From positions 1,000,989 through 1,064,988 of the forward strand of contig MTMF02000009.1 of NCBI GenBank assembly GCA_002011125.2: a stretch of DNA of 64,000 nt. Reading direction: 5' to 3'. Positions within the stretch are counted from its first letter, which is position 1, and every line of letters begins with the position of its first letter. Positions 35,147 through 45,393 of the stretch are shown here, one piece after another. The DNA is from Candidatus Hydrothermarchaeum profundi. Lineage in GTDB: Archaea; Hydrothermarchaeota; Hydrothermarchaeia; Hydrothermarchaeales; Hydrothermarchaeaceae. A model generated the notes under the pieces. The model did not search any database, was not told where the DNA came from, and saw only the letters and a program-made list of their open reading frames with translations. The position numbers were made by a program, and so were the translations under genes.

Positions 35147-36232
35147 ATGCACTGGCTTATCCGCCCGGACTCGGTTCATGCATTAGAAGATGAAGGAGTA
35201 AAAAAAGCTCTAGGAAGGTATGTCGAGGTATCTAAAAATAAAAAACTAGCAAAGTTTATAATCACAAAAACCATACCGATTGATGTGGATCTTAGTTCTT
35301 CAGATGAAGAACTGTGGAAGGCGCATGAAACGATCATTAAAGATTTTAAAAAACTTGAAAAGGAACATGACAATAAAGACATTAAACAACTTAAATTCCC
35401 AACTAAATCTCTATTAGATCTTAAGATTGAACTTGCAAAAAGAATTCTCAATAAATGTAGGTTTTGCGAGAGGAAATGTGGGGTAAACAGATTTGAAAAG
35501 AAGAGGGGATTCTGCAATTTAGATATTCAGAGCCGTTTATCTTCAGAGTTCCTTCACATGGGTGAAGAAGCATGTTTAGTGCCTTCTCATACCTTGTTTT
35601 TTATCGGATGTTCTTTTTATTGTGTTTTCTGCCAGAATTGGACTATCTCCCGGCATGTTGAAAAGGGATTGCCTGTTACCGGTTCTGACTTAGCAAAGAT
35701 GGTGAAGAAAAGACGCTTAATGGAGGGAAGTAGGAACGTTAACTTAGTCGGGGGATCACCTACCCCTAATACTCATATTATCTTAGAGATGTTAAGGGAA
35801 CTCGATGTGAACATCCCAGTGGTATGGAATTCTAATATGTATATGACTATGGACACCATGAAATTACTAAATGGGTGCGTGGACGTATACTTAGCTGATT
35901 TTAAGTATGGAAATAATAATTGTGCTGAGCGACTCTCTAAAATAAAAAATTATTGGGAAGTTACTACTAGAAACCACTTAGTAGCAAAAAAACAAGCAGA
36001 ATTACTTATCCGTCATTTAGTACTTCCAAATCATATTGAATGCTGTACGAAACCTATTATTGAATGGATAGCCAAAAATTTTGATAATAAAGTTAGAGTT
36101 AATATTATGGCTCAGTATAGACCCGAGTTTGAGGCTTTTAAGATACCGGATATAAATAGAAGAGTTATGGCGGAGGAAATGGAGAGAGCTTTTAATATAG
36201 CCCGAGATAATGGCTTAACAAATCTAGATTAA
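35147..36232 (+). CDS. Radical SAM protein, PflX-like
   Basis: CRFCERKCGVNR, HMGEE, GCSFYCVFCQNW, WNSNMY and RHLVLPNH. Confidence 0.88.
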   Translation: MHWLIRPDSVHALEDEGVKKALGRYVEVSKNKKLAKFIITKTIPIDVDLSSSDEELWKAHETIIKDFKKLEKEHDNKDIKQLKFPTKSLLDLKIELAKRILNKCRFCERKCGVNRFEKKRGFCNLDIQSRLSSEFLHMGEEACLVPSHTLFFIGCSFYCVFCQNWTISRHVEKGLPVTGSDLAKMVKKRRLMEGSRNVNLVGGSPTPNTHIILEMLRELDVNIPVVWNSNMYMTMDTMKLLNGCVDVYLADFKYGNNNCAERLSKIKNYWEVTTRNHLVAKKQAELLIRHLVLPNHIECCTKPIIEWIAKNFDNKVRVNIMAQYRPEFEAFKIPDINRRVMAEEMERAFNIARDNGLTNLD

Positions 36233-36308
36233 AATTTAAATCAGAATAAGCTTTTCAGACTTTTCCCAAACCAAAAAAATAATATTTAAAAGGGAACTTG
36301 ATGGTATC

Positions 36309-37928
36309 ATGGTAAAAGAAACTCTGTTTTGGGCTGACCAGAAGGCAGAGGAAATCATAAACAGAAAGAAGTTTCACTTTATAGACAAACAAATACCAGA
36401 ATTTAAAAAATATACTGTTAAAACATCTGCGTCAATATCAGGGGTCCTACATATAGGTAGATTAAGCGATACAATAAGGGGGGATTCTGTTGTAGTGGCT
36501 TTAAGAGATATAGGATTGCCTGCTGAGCTTATCTGGGTTGCTGAGGATATGGATCCTCTAAGAAAAATACCCAAAGAAGTTCCTAAGCATTTAGAAGATT
36601 ACATCGGAGTGCCGGTTATAGATGTCCCAGATCCATGGGGTTGCCATGCTTCCTATGCGGAACATCATATTGGCAAATACAGAGAAGTACTCCAAGAATT
36701 TTCATCTACCGAGATTATTAGCTATTCCATGAGCGAGGAGTATAAAAAAGGCAAATTTAGGCCTTATATTAGGAAGATGCTGGACAAGATTGATGAGGTT
36801 TTGGTTATTCAAAATAAGTATAGACAAAAACCTCTTCAAAGCGGTTGGAGTCCCTTTACTCCAGTTTGTAAGAACTGTGGAAAAATAATAACACCGAAAA
36901 TACTAGGGTTTAGGGAGGGAAAAATACTATATAGATGTGAGGATTACTCTTTCGAGAAAAAAATTGCTCGGGGATGCAATTATGAGGGCGTTTGCGACCC
37001 CTTAAAGGATAGGGGGAAGCTTATGTGGAAAGGGGAATGGGCAGCTCAATGGGCTAGATGGAAAATTGCGGCTGAAGGAGCAGGAAAAGAATATGTAGTA
37101 CCACAAAGTGCATGGTGGGTAAATGGCGAGCTTGTAGAAAAGATTTTAGATTTTCCTATGCCGGTACCCATTTTTTATGAGCATATAATGATAGATGGTC
37201 AGAAAATGAGTGCATCGTTAGGAAATGTTATATATCCCCATGAATGGCTTGAAGTTGCTCCGCCTGAATTACTGAGATTTTTTTATAACAAAAAATTGAT
37301 GAAGACTAGAAGTTTTTCATGGGACTATCTACCTAGGCTTTACGACGAATATGATTTTCATGCTAGGGCTTATTTCGGTTTGGAGAAAATAGGGAGTGAG
37401 AAAGAATCCAAGAACATTAGAAGACTTTATGAATTTTCCCAGTTAAGAGAAATTAAAAAGCCTGTGCCTCTACCTTTTTCGCATGCTGTCATAGTTTCAC
37501 AGATTTTTAAGAGCGAAGATGCGTTAATTGCTAGTCTAAAGCGTTCTGGTCATTATTCTGCGGAAGTTCATGATTTAATAATTGAGCGATTAAAGATGGC
37601 TAAAAAATGGGCTGAGAAATATGCTCCCGAGGAGATGAAAATCACGCTAGATTTCGACTCTACTGAAATTAGATCAAAACTCTCCGAAAAGCAAAAAAAT
37701 TTGATGAAAGAACTTTTAGAATGGCTAAAAGAGGGGGATAGGAGACGAGAAGAAATCCATCAACGGATTTATGAAATTGGTAAAAAAGTAGATCTTACTC
37801 CCGCAGAGTCTTTTCAAGCCGTTTATCTTTCCCTTCTAGGTAAAAATCGGGGGCCGCGGGCGGGTACACTAATAGCATCTCTAGACAGGGAGTGGGTGCT
37901 AAAAAAGATATCCGCAGTAGTCGAATAG
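36309..37928 (+). CDS. lysS: Lysyl-tRNA synthetase, class I
   Basis: FWAD, SGVLHIG, DMDPLRK, CKNCGK, GKLMWK, KMSAS and GPRAG. Confidence 0.93.
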   Translation: MVKETLFWADQKAEEIINRKKFHFIDKQIPEFKKYTVKTSASISGVLHIGRLSDTIRGDSVVVALRDIGLPAELIWVAEDMDPLRKIPKEVPKHLEDYIGVPVIDVPDPWGCHASYAEHHIGKYREVLQEFSSTEIISYSMSEEYKKGKFRPYIRKMLDKIDEVLVIQNKYRQKPLQSGWSPFTPVCKNCGKIITPKILGFREGKILYRCEDYSFEKKIARGCNYEGVCDPLKDRGKLMWKGEWAAQWARWKIAAEGAGKEYVVPQSAWWVNGELVEKILDFPMPVPIFYEHIMIDGQKMSASLGNVIYPHEWLEVAPPELLRFFYNKKLMKTRSFSWDYLPRLYDEYDFHARAYFGLEKIGSEKESKNIRRLYEFSQLREIKKPVPLPFSHAVIVSQIFKSEDALIASLKRSGHYSAEVHDLIIERLKMAKKWAEKYAPEEMKITLDFDSTEIRSKLSEKQKNLMKELLEWLKEGDRRREEIHQRIYEIGKKVDLTPAESFQAVYLSLLGKNRGPRAGTLIASLDREWVLKKISAVVE

Positions 37929-37929
37929 C

Positions 37930-38118
37930 TTACCTTTTCCACTCCATATAAACGGGGCACAGGATACACTCACTAGGAGGATTATTTTTGTCCTCTATTA
38001 CAGGAGGGCATTCTGGATAGCTCCCAGGGCAGTTGGGGTATTTCCCCTTGATTTTTTGCCATGCTAATTCGGCCTCACTCTTACGTTTTGGGGGCTTTTT
38101 TCTCTGTTTTCTAGTCAT
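37930..38118 (-). CDS. Small basic Cys-rich hypothetical protein
   Basis: MTRKQRKK...YPNCPGSYPECP...ECILCPVY. TATA-like AT run upstream. Confidence 0.5.
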   Translation of the reverse strand: MTRKQRKKPPKRKSEAELAWQKIKGKYPNCPGSYPECPPVIEDKNNPPSECILCPVYMEWKR

Positions 38119-38216
38119 TACATAAAAAAATGAAGAGGGCATATATAATAGTTTAGGTTTTTTGACACCTTTCTAAAAGCCTTTCATTTTGATGTTAAAA
38201 AATTTCTCAAGAAGAT

Positions 38217-38786
38217 GTGGATTTAACGTTATTTACATCTACATATATCCTGATTGCATTAGCTGAAATTGGCGATAAAACGCAATTATTGGGTATCGCA
38301 CTTGCATCTAGATATAGGGCTAAAACTGTACTATTAGGAATGGCTGTATCTACCTCTTTTCTTATGCTCTTGGCGGTCGCTGTCGGCCAACTTTTATATC
38401 GCTTTTTACCGATGAATTTTGTTTATCTATCCAGTGGAATATTCTTTATCTTTTTCGGGTTATTGATATTAAAAAGCGGTGGAGAAGAGAAAGTTAAAGG
38501 ACTAAGTATACGTTTATCCCCCGTGATAGCAGTTTTTCTAACTTTTTTATTAGCAGAACTCGGCGATAAGACGCAGCTTGCTGTAATACCATTGGCAGCC
38601 ACATCTTCGTCTGTATTCTCAATATGGTCTGGTGCGACGTTAGGCATGGTAACTGTTAATGGGGCAGGTATTTTTGTAGGTAATAAAATAAAGGAAATAA
38701 TTTCAGAAAGTTATGTAAAGAAAATTGCCGCTGCCTTATTCTTTATTTTCGGGGTGCTCTTTATTTATAAGTCACTTTTTTCCTAG
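38217..38786 (+). CDS. TMEM165/GDT1 (UPF0016) Mn/Ca transporter
   Basis: Two E-x-GDKTQ motifs (AEIGDKTQ and AELGDKTQ). Confidence 0.92.
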   Translation: MDLTLFTSTYILIALAEIGDKTQLLGIALASRYRAKTVLLGMAVSTSFLMLLAVAVGQLLYRFLPMNFVYLSSGIFFIFFGLLILKSGGEEKVKGLSIRLSPVIAVFLTFLLAELGDKTQLAVIPLAATSSSVFSIWSGATLGMVTVNGAGIFVGNKIKEIISESYVKKIAAALFFIFGVLFIYKSLFS

Positions 38787-38796
38787 CAAAATAATC

Positions 38797-39111
38797 TTAT
38801 TCGAATAATTCTTCTTTTATCCAATCCATATACTCCTTTTTTCCTCGGAGTATAGGTACAGCTATAACTTCAGGATTCTCGTATGAGTGTAGTTCACCAA
38901 CTCGTTTGAATATATCTTCTAATTTTCTTTCTGTTGTCTTCAATATTAGCATCGCTTCTGCGCTTTCCTCTATTTCCCCTTTCCACCAATAGTGGGACTT
39001 CACACTTTCAATAACATTTGCACATGCGGCTAGTCTCTCTTTAACTAATGTTTTTCCAATGTGCTCTGCTTCAGAGGAGTCTGATGCTGTTATAAAGACT
39101 AGAATAACCAT
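38797..39111 (-). CDS. cutA: Divalent-cation tolerance protein CutA
   Basis: LVKERLAACAN, SHYWWKG and HSYENPE. Confidence 0.93.
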   Translation of the reverse strand: MVILVFITASDSSEAEHIGKTLVKERLAACANVIESVKSHYWWKGEIEESAEAMLILKTTERKLEDIFKRVGELHSYENPEVIAVPILRGKKEYMDWIKEELFE

Positions 39112-39152
39112 ATGCTTTTAATTGATTATGATGTTATAAAAAATATTCTAAG

Positions 39153-40286
39153 ATGGTTGTAATGTCAAAATTGTATATACTAGCAGGTCTTATACTAATC
39201 TCGTGGGTCATTATAATACGACTGGAGAAAATGGGAAAGTTAAACGCAGAGAGACATTTCATTTTCCTTCTTTTAAGAACTGAACGTGGTAAGGAGTTTA
39301 TAGAACGTGTCTCTAGGTTTGGGTTCTGGCCTTTTATCTCCACATTAGGCGTAGTTATTTCCCTCCTAGGCATGGCGTTCGTAATATTCTCTCTCGGATA
39401 CGCTATTTATTCAACTTACTTTTTGAAAACAAAAATTGAGGGAGCAACTCTAGTGATACCAGGAGTAACCATACCCTTTTGGTATGGTATAATAGGATTA
39501 ATAACGGTATTAGTTGTTCATGAAGTTAGCCATGGAATTATTGCTAGGAGCGAGAATATCTCAATTAAAAATTTGGGGGCAGTTTTATTTGCAATTATAC
39601 CAATAGGGGCTTTCGTTGAACCTGATGAAGAGGAACTTAATAGAAAGCCAAGAATCTCAAAGCTGAGAGTCTACTCTGCTGGCTCCTTTGGGAATATAGT
39701 TCTAGCTATTATAGCTTTCTTTACGTTCGTAGCTTTCTCTAGTCAGGTATTCGACCCCAGTACTATACAAATAATAGATGTAGCTAAAGGGTCGCCAGCA
39801 GATGGAGTATTAGAAGAGGGAATGGTTATATTGAGAATAAATGGAGAAGAAATTTCCTCTACGAATGACTTTATGACGGTTGCTAGAGAAATTGAGCCTG
39901 GAGAAACCATTTCTATTGAGACTGATAAAGGAAACTTTTTGGTGAATGCAGGAAAACGAAAAGACCATCCCAGTAGAGGGTTTATAGGAATCAGGGTACA
40001 TAGCGCTGTAAAAGAAGGATTATCAAAGATAGTTGATATTGGCGTACTTTTATTTATTTCCGGGTCTCTCCAATGGATATTTTTCCTTAATCAAGGTATT
40101 GGACTTATTAATTTAGCACCGATTCACTTTGGCGTAGCAGCTACTGATGGCCATCATATCCTAAAAGAAATTATCTCGCACTTTGTAGGGGAAGCAAGGG
40201 CAGAAAAAGTTGCTATTTTTATATCAACCACTACTCTTCTTATACTTCTCTTTACAATAATAGGTCCTACTCCAACGGCAGCTTAA
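39153..40286 (+). CDS. Site-2 protease (M50) with PDZ domain
   Basis: VHEVSHG, GAFVEPDE, SAGSFGN, PDZ segment GSPADG, and NLAP...DGHH. Confidence 0.9.
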   Translation: MVVMSKLYILAGLILISWVIIIRLEKMGKLNAERHFIFLLLRTERGKEFIERVSRFGFWPFISTLGVVISLLGMAFVIFSLGYAIYSTYFLKTKIEGATLVIPGVTIPFWYGIIGLITVLVVHEVSHGIIARSENISIKNLGAVLFAIIPIGAFVEPDEEELNRKPRISKLRVYSAGSFGNIVLAIIAFFTFVAFSSQVFDPSTIQIIDVAKGSPADGVLEEGMVILRINGEEISSTNDFMTVAREIEPGETISIETDKGNFLVNAGKRKDHPSRGFIGIRVHSAVKEGLSKIVDIGVLLFISGSLQWIFFLNQGIGLINLAPIHFGVAATDGHHILKEIISHFVGEARAEKVAIFISTTTLLILLFTIIGPTPTAA

Positions 40287-40297
40287 GGTGGAGGAGT

Positions 40298-40867
40298 ATG
40301 GACCGAGAAATAAAGAGGCAATTAATACATGCATCTGGGGCTCTCCTGAGCGTATTTATAATAAGAGTCGATTGGTACTTTTCTGCTATTTTTTTAGGAT
40401 TTCTTCTGATATTCTCATATGCGATTGCTTTAGGATATACGAAGGGTATACGTGTACCCGTGCTTGCTCAACTTATTGATATGTCAGAAAGACCAGAAGT
40501 CATAAAAGTTAAGCCTGCTAAAGGGGCTCTTTGCTTCTTTCTTGGGATATTTCTCACAATTTTAATTTTTCAAAATAGAGAAATCGGAGCTAGTGCAGTG
40601 GTGATTTTAGCTATAGGAGATTCTTTTTCAACTCTAATAGGGAAGAAATTCGGTGCTCATAGGCTTCCCTATAATACTGAAAAGTCGGTGGAGGGAAGTT
40701 TGGCTTTTTTGATATCAGCTTATTTTGCTGCTTTACTAATTATGCCGCCTATTTTAGCTGCGGCTAGTGTGGCGGTCGGAGCACTTGCGGAGTCTATACC
40801 CTCAAGGGTCGATGATAACATTACGATACCTCTTTCTTCAGGGTTAGTGATGTATCTTGCGCAGTGA
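40298..40867 (+). CDS. Dolichol/phytol kinase-like membrane protein (SEC59/DGK1/VTE5 family)
   Basis: RQLIH, AIGDSFSTLIG, KSVEGS and DDNITIP. Confidence 0.85.
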   Translation: MDREIKRQLIHASGALLSVFIIRVDWYFSAIFLGFLLIFSYAIALGYTKGIRVPVLAQLIDMSERPEVIKVKPAKGALCFFLGIFLTILIFQNREIGASAVVILAIGDSFSTLIGKKFGAHRLPYNTEKSVEGSLAFLISAYFAALLIMPPILAAASVAVGALAESIPSRVDDNITIPLSSGLVMYLAQ

Positions 40868-41590
40868 GGAAGTGATTCTTTTTATGCATCCTTTGACATC
40901 GCTTGTTCTCTCAACTACAGTTCCGGTGACTACTATATCCGCTCCAGATTTAGCTACATTATAAGCATCTTCTTCGGTCTTTATACCGCCGCCTACGATG
41001 AGTGGTATATCTATCACTTTTTTCACTTCAGTGATCATTTTCTCTGGGACATGCTCATCAGCTCCAGATCCGGCCTCCAAATATACCAACTGCATACCAA
41101 AATACTGAGCTGCTAGAGCATATCCACAAGCACGCTCATGGTCACTTCTTGATATAAGGTCAGCGGCCCCTACTTTACCAACTGCACCTCCTGGCTCTAC
41201 TATTATGTAGCCCATTGGTATTGGTTCTATCCCTATTTTTCTTATTATGGGAGCACCCATTGCTTGGGCACCTGTAATGAAATAGGGGTTTCTAGAATTA
41301 AGCAAACTCATGAAAAAAATTGCATCCGCGTTAGGTGAAATGCCAGATATATCGCCTGGAAATAGTATTATTGGTAAGTCTGTTACCCCTTTTATTTCTC
41401 TAACTGTAGTATCTAAGTATTCCTCAGATATTCCCCTCGAACCACCTATCATAAATCCTTTAGTTCCCCCTTCGGCTGCTTCTTTAGCGATCTTTGAGGC
41501 TCTCTTAGACGTTTGCTTGTCGGGGTCTATCAATGTTAGATGTATAGGATTTCTTTTTATTTCTTTGCGAAGATATTCTAAAACTCTCAT
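40844..41590 (-). CDS. Geranylgeranylglyceryl phosphate synthase
   Basis: HLTLIDPDK, MIGGS, FMSLLNS, YLEAGSGA, VGGGI and VTGT. Confidence 0.93.
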   Translation of the reverse strand: MRVLEYLRKEIKRNPIHLTLIDPDKQTSKRASKIAKEAAEGGTKGFMIGGSRGISEEYLDTTVREIKGVTDLPIILFPGDISGISPNADAIFFMSLLNSRNPYFITGAQAMGAPIIRKIGIEPIPMGYIIVEPGGAVGKVGAADLISRSDHERACGYALAAQYFGMQLVYLEAGSGADEHVPEKMITEVKKVIDIPLIVGGGIKTEEDAYNVAKSGADIVVTGTVVERTSDVKGCIKRITSSLRKIHH

Positions 41591-41591
41591 T

Positions 41592-41738
41592 TTATGCTTT
41601 TATCTCTTTTCTCTTTGGTCTGAGTGCTTTAGAACCGCATTTTCTGCATTTTTCTGCTTTCCAAGGGTTTTTTGCTTTACATTTTCTACAGATCTTTATG
41701 TGAAATAATCTTTTCTCTGCTTCTTGGAATCTTGCCAT
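41592..41738 (-). CDS. rpl40e: 50S ribosomal protein L40e (absent from the ORF track)
   Basis: Manual translation: [48 protein letters not shown]. Confidence 0.93.
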   Translation of the reverse strand: MARFQEAEKRLFHIKICRKCKAKNPWKAEKCRKCGSKALRPKRKEIKA

Positions 41739-42241
41739 AACTTAATCCACTCCTTTTCTTTTTTTATAACTTCCTCTTCATTTTTGGCTTGTGCGTAATC
41801 CTCTAACAATTCTCGGTTTAATTCTAAGAAAGATGGGCCCCATTTAAATTTTTGAAGAATGTTTTCCCCATATTCTGGGTATCCCAAGATATATAAAGCT
41901 GAGGCTAGAGATTCTACCGTTGAGAGTTTTTTTATTTTTCCATAGTTTATAGGGTTACCTGCGATTAGCAAGGGCAATACTCTGTCGTTATAGGGCTTTT
42001 TTAGTGTTCCAAAAACGTTGTAAGCTCTTTTCCATGAGCAATCTAATGCAACTAATCCGTGTTTCATATATCTCTTATCCTCTTTTGAGAGAACTTTATC
42101 TGCATAAGGATTGAGAATTATGGAATTCCTAGGTATTTTTGAGGGAGTGTAGAATACCTCTGCCAGTCTAAATTTTTTAAGCTTATTGGATGTACAAGCT
42201 TTCGGGTTGCATTGTTTAGCGTGATATATTAGTAATTTCAT
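41696..42241 (-). CDS. tsr3: 16S rRNA aminocarboxypropyltransferase Tsr3
   Basis: [28 protein letters not shown]...LSTVES and FKWG..FLELN. Confidence 0.92.
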   Translation of the reverse strand: MKLLIYHAKQCNPKACTSNKLKKFRLAEVFYTPSKIPRNSIILNPYADKVLSKEDKRYMKHGLVALDCSWKRAYNVFGTLKKPYNDRVLPLLIAGNPINYGKIKKLSTVESLASALYILGYPEYGENILQKFKWGPSFLELNRELLEDYAQAKNEEEVIKKEKEWIKLWQDSKKQRKDYFT

Positions 42242-42300
42242 TCAGTCCCTCGGCTATTCGTTTTTTAGATAGAAAGGGAACCTAAACGCCTCTCCCCAGT

Positions 42301-42654
42301 TCACCATTCATCAATAGCCTTTTCTATATTATTTGTCCACGTCTGTAGAGTTTCACGTAGATTTCTCTTTATTTCATCTTTTTCTACAGGGGCATACTCG
42401 AATGCCCGGCCTCTAGTTCTCATCACCGGCTTACGATAAGCCATTCCATAGCTTACTAAATTCTGAAGTGCCCTCTGTACTAGGCTCCTACTTTTCCCTA
42501 TTCTCTTACTTATTTCATCTGGAGTCCCTGCTTTTTCAAGTAGAGAAGAGTATACGTCGACTTCAAGCTTTCTCAGACCCAATAAGCATTGTAGTACTGA
42601 TTCTATCGTCACTTTCTTAGAACAAATAAGACTTCTTGCTTCAATCATATTCAT
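42301..42654 (-). CDS. HTH transcriptional regulator (TrmB/COG3355-like)
   Basis: CLLGL..LEVDVY..L...GTPDEISKRIGKSRSLVQRALQNL. Confidence 0.78.
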   Translation of the reverse strand: MNMIEARSLICSKKVTIESVLQCLLGLRKLEVDVYSSLLEKAGTPDEISKRIGKSRSLVQRALQNLVSYGMAYRKPVMRTRGRAFEYAPVEKDEIKRNLRETLQTWTNNIEKAIDEW

Positions 42655-42691
42655 AGATGTTGAACAGTAACGAAATAATATTATTATAGAA

Positions 42692-44662
42692 TTAATAGGA
42701 TTCGTCTATCCCCCATGCGTTTTTAACTATAGCGGGGATTAACTGAAGCGCAATTCCAGCACATAAAAGAATGCTTCCGATCCATATTAGTGATACCAGT
42801 GGAATTGTTTTTATAGAGATTAAAATCAGATTTGATTGATACCCATAAAAAACCACGTAAAAATCTACTATTCCCCTCAAGATCTTAACTTTTGGATATT
42901 GCCCATATCGAGCGTCATCGATGAATAAAGCTTTTTCCTCTCCTAGAGAGTTTTCACCAGCAATAATCTCAAATCTAACATATTGGTACCAGTTGCCTTT
43001 GACATTCTGAATGTCTAGACCATTTAATTTTATTTTGTGACCCCCAAAATCTTTCATGGTGCCGATTTCTTGAGGGTACTGAAAGACTAATCTATACTCC
43101 TTTTCAAAAACAGTACTTGTTACTACACCAATTATTATTAAAACCATGCCTAAGTGGATCAGTTGCGGTCCTATTCTTTTGATTATTCTTTTCATATTCC
43201 TTTGTTTAAGTATGGTAAAGACCCGATATCCAATTCCAAAAAGCGCGAATACTACGAAAAAAATAGAATAATTAAAATATTTTGTATGCACTGGGCCTAT
43301 TATACCTATCAAAAGGTTAATAATTACCGCTCCCCCAGCGAGTTTTAAAAGATGATCTTTCTTAATAGTGCCTAAAAGTAAACAGAAACCCGTTAAAAGT
43401 ACCGCAAAATCAATCAAGAGAAAGCACCACTTATTGAAGAATTCTTTAGTAGTAGGGATTTCAACTCCTTTAAGAATCTTCATTATAACAGGATAAGTTA
43501 AACCCCATAACAGGACAACTGATATCCCAATAAAGACTACAACTGCCAAATATTGGGCAGTCGATATGGAAATAGAAGGCTTCTTTTTTGATAGCTTTAT
43601 ATTCTTTCTAGAAAGTTCTCTAAGAACTAAAACAGAGGAAATTATTGTTGTGATAATTATAAAACTTGCTAAGTGGGGACCTACAGTAGTACTCGCATAT
43701 CCATGAACGGATTTAAGAATGCCACTACGGGTTATGAAAGTTGTATAAAACACAAATATTAATGTGAAAAGACCAAGAGCAGGCCCTAAAATCTCAAATT
43801 TTCTTCTTGTACGATACATATAGGAAGCATGCATAAACGCTGTTAAGCTTACCCATAATAGTAGAGAGGCAGTTTCTACAGGGTCCCACGTCCAGTAACC
43901 ACCATACGATAGTTCTTCGTATGCCCAGACCCCACCAATAGTGATACCTATCGTTAAAAAAAGCCATGAGAACCTAGCCCAGTATCTCGAGATTTCTTCC
44001 CAGTCGCCAGTTCTTTCTAGAAAGTATATTAGTGAGGCAGCAAAAGGTACGGTTAGTGTTGCATAAGCTATAAACACAATAGGAGGATGGAGAGCCATCC
44101 AAGGGCTCATTAAAAAGGGATTCAATCCATTACCATCTATGAATCCTCTTTTGGGATCGTATTTCCCAATTGACCGGTAGTAATTTAATATAGTATCAAG
44201 AGGGATATTATTTTTGATCGCATAATCTTCAAAGCTACTAATAGTAGTTTGGAATGGATTCAGCAAGTACACCATTGCTAAAAGGATTAATCCTATTGAT
44301 AATACGATAATACCTGTTTTTCTGCGAAATTTCTCCCTTTTTTTGATGAGTACTATAGATGATAATATAGTCGCCCATGCCCACAGCAGGAAAGTTCCTT
44401 CTTGGCCTGCCCAAACCGCAGATAACTTATATGGAAGCGGTGTATCAACGCTTGAGTGAGTAAAGACATAGTTGATGTTATAATTCGTAAAGAAATAATA
44501 GGTGAGAACTGATACCACTACGGTAATCAATATTCCCAAGAGATTAAACCCACTATAAATCAAAGGGTCATATTCTCGTTTCTTGGCTTCGCAATATATT
44601 GTTAAAAATAAAAGCCCAGAACCCAATATGAGGGAGAATATCAGTAGTACGTTGCCTATCAA
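42692..44662 (-). CDS. ccmF: Second cytochrome c biogenesis heme lyase CcmF
   Basis: WAGQEGTFLLW, GLNPFL, HPP, YGGYWTWDPVET, TRSG..KSVHGY and LIHLG. Confidence 0.9.
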   Translation of the reverse strand: MIGNVLLIFSLILGSGLLFLTIYCEAKKREYDPLIYSGFNLLGILITVVVSVLTYYFFTNYNINYVFTHSSVDTPLPYKLSAVWAGQEGTFLLWAWATILSSIVLIKKREKFRRKTGIIVLSIGLILLAMVYLLNPFQTTISSFEDYAIKNNIPLDTILNYYRSIGKYDPKRGFIDGNGLNPFLMSPWMALHPPIVFIAYATLTVPFAASLIYFLERTGDWEEISRYWARFSWLFLTIGITIGGVWAYEELSYGGYWTWDPVETASLLLWVSLTAFMHASYMYRTRRKFEILGPALGLFTLIFVFYTTFITRSGILKSVHGYASTTVGPHLASFIIITTIISSVLVLRELSRKNIKLSKKKPSISISTAQYLAVVVFIGISVVLLWGLTYPVIMKILKGVEIPTTKEFFNKWCFLLIDFAVLLTGFCLLLGTIKKDHLLKLAGGAVIINLLIGIIGPVHTKYFNYSIFFVVFALFGIGYRVFTILKQRNMKRIIKRIGPQLIHLGMVLIIIGVVTSTVFEKEYRLVFQYPQEIGTMKDFGGHKIKLNGLDIQNVKGNWYQYVRFEIIAGENSLGEEKALFIDDARYGQYPKVKILRGIVDFYVVFYGYQSNLILISIKTIPLVSLIWIGSILLCAGIALQLIPAIVKNAWGIDESY

Positions 44663-45315
44663 CTTACCAACGTCCCGCCGTGATTTTCACCTTTTATTGC
44701 TTTCTCTATACTCTCTAAGTTCCTACCATCTAGTACAATTGTTCTGATTTTATTTCTATGGATTATTTTTGCGGCTACCGGGTCAATGATTGTACTTAGA
44801 CCAGCCTTGTGAACTTGCTCTACAAGCTCAATAAGTTTTTCTGATTTTATTTCTTTTAGTTTTATTGCCGAAGGATTTTTCCTAGGATCAGAATCATAGA
44901 TGCCATCAACGTTTGTTGCATTAATCAATAAATCAGCTTTACATTTTGCCGCTATTTCTGCGGAAACTGCGTCAGTAGTCTGCCCCGGTTTTATTCCGCC
45001 TATTATAAAAATATCTGAGCATTTGATATTCAGGTCCTCTGGTATGTCCTTATATACTCCAAATGCAGCTGAGATTAACATTGCATTTAATCTAGTAGCT
45101 AGTATTCCACTCTTGTCGCAGTAATCTTCAGATGCTCCAAGTTCTCTTAATGCTTGAATGTACTCTCTAGCTATTGCTCCTCCTCCTACTACTACTTTTA
45201 TATCGTGACCTTCCGTAGTCAGTTTTTTTATTAGTTGTGAAAAATTTTTTATGTAGTTCACGTTGGGTTTAGGAGATGCTATAACGGATCCTCCAATGCT
45301 AATAACTACTTTCAT
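44659..45315 (-). CDS. pyrH: UMP kinase (archaeal type)
   Basis: SIGGS, VVGGGAIAREYI, PGQTTDAV and NATNVDGIYDSDP. Confidence 0.93.
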   Translation of the reverse strand: MKVVISIGGSVIASPKPNVNYIKNFSQLIKKLTTEGHDIKVVVGGGAIAREYIQALRELGASEDYCDKSGILATRLNAMLISAAFGVYKDIPEDLNIKCSDIFIIGGIKPGQTTDAVSAEIAAKCKADLLINATNVDGIYDSDPRKNPSAIKLKEIKSEKLIELVEQVHKAGLSTIIDPVAAKIIHRNKIRTIVLDGRNLESIEKAIKGENHGGTLVS

Positions 45316-45393
45316 AGATCCTATGGAGTAAGTGGAAGATATTAAATATTACTCCAAAAATGTATTAATTGGCTACCACTAAGCATTTTTTAG

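Noticed and set aside
42243-42315. Possible C/D-box sRNA on the minus strand (TTGATGA ... CTGA) between the HTH gene and tsr3
   Set aside because: The C-like box lies inside the upstream CDS, the span is long, I see no clear D'/C' boxes, and I cannot verify a guide target.
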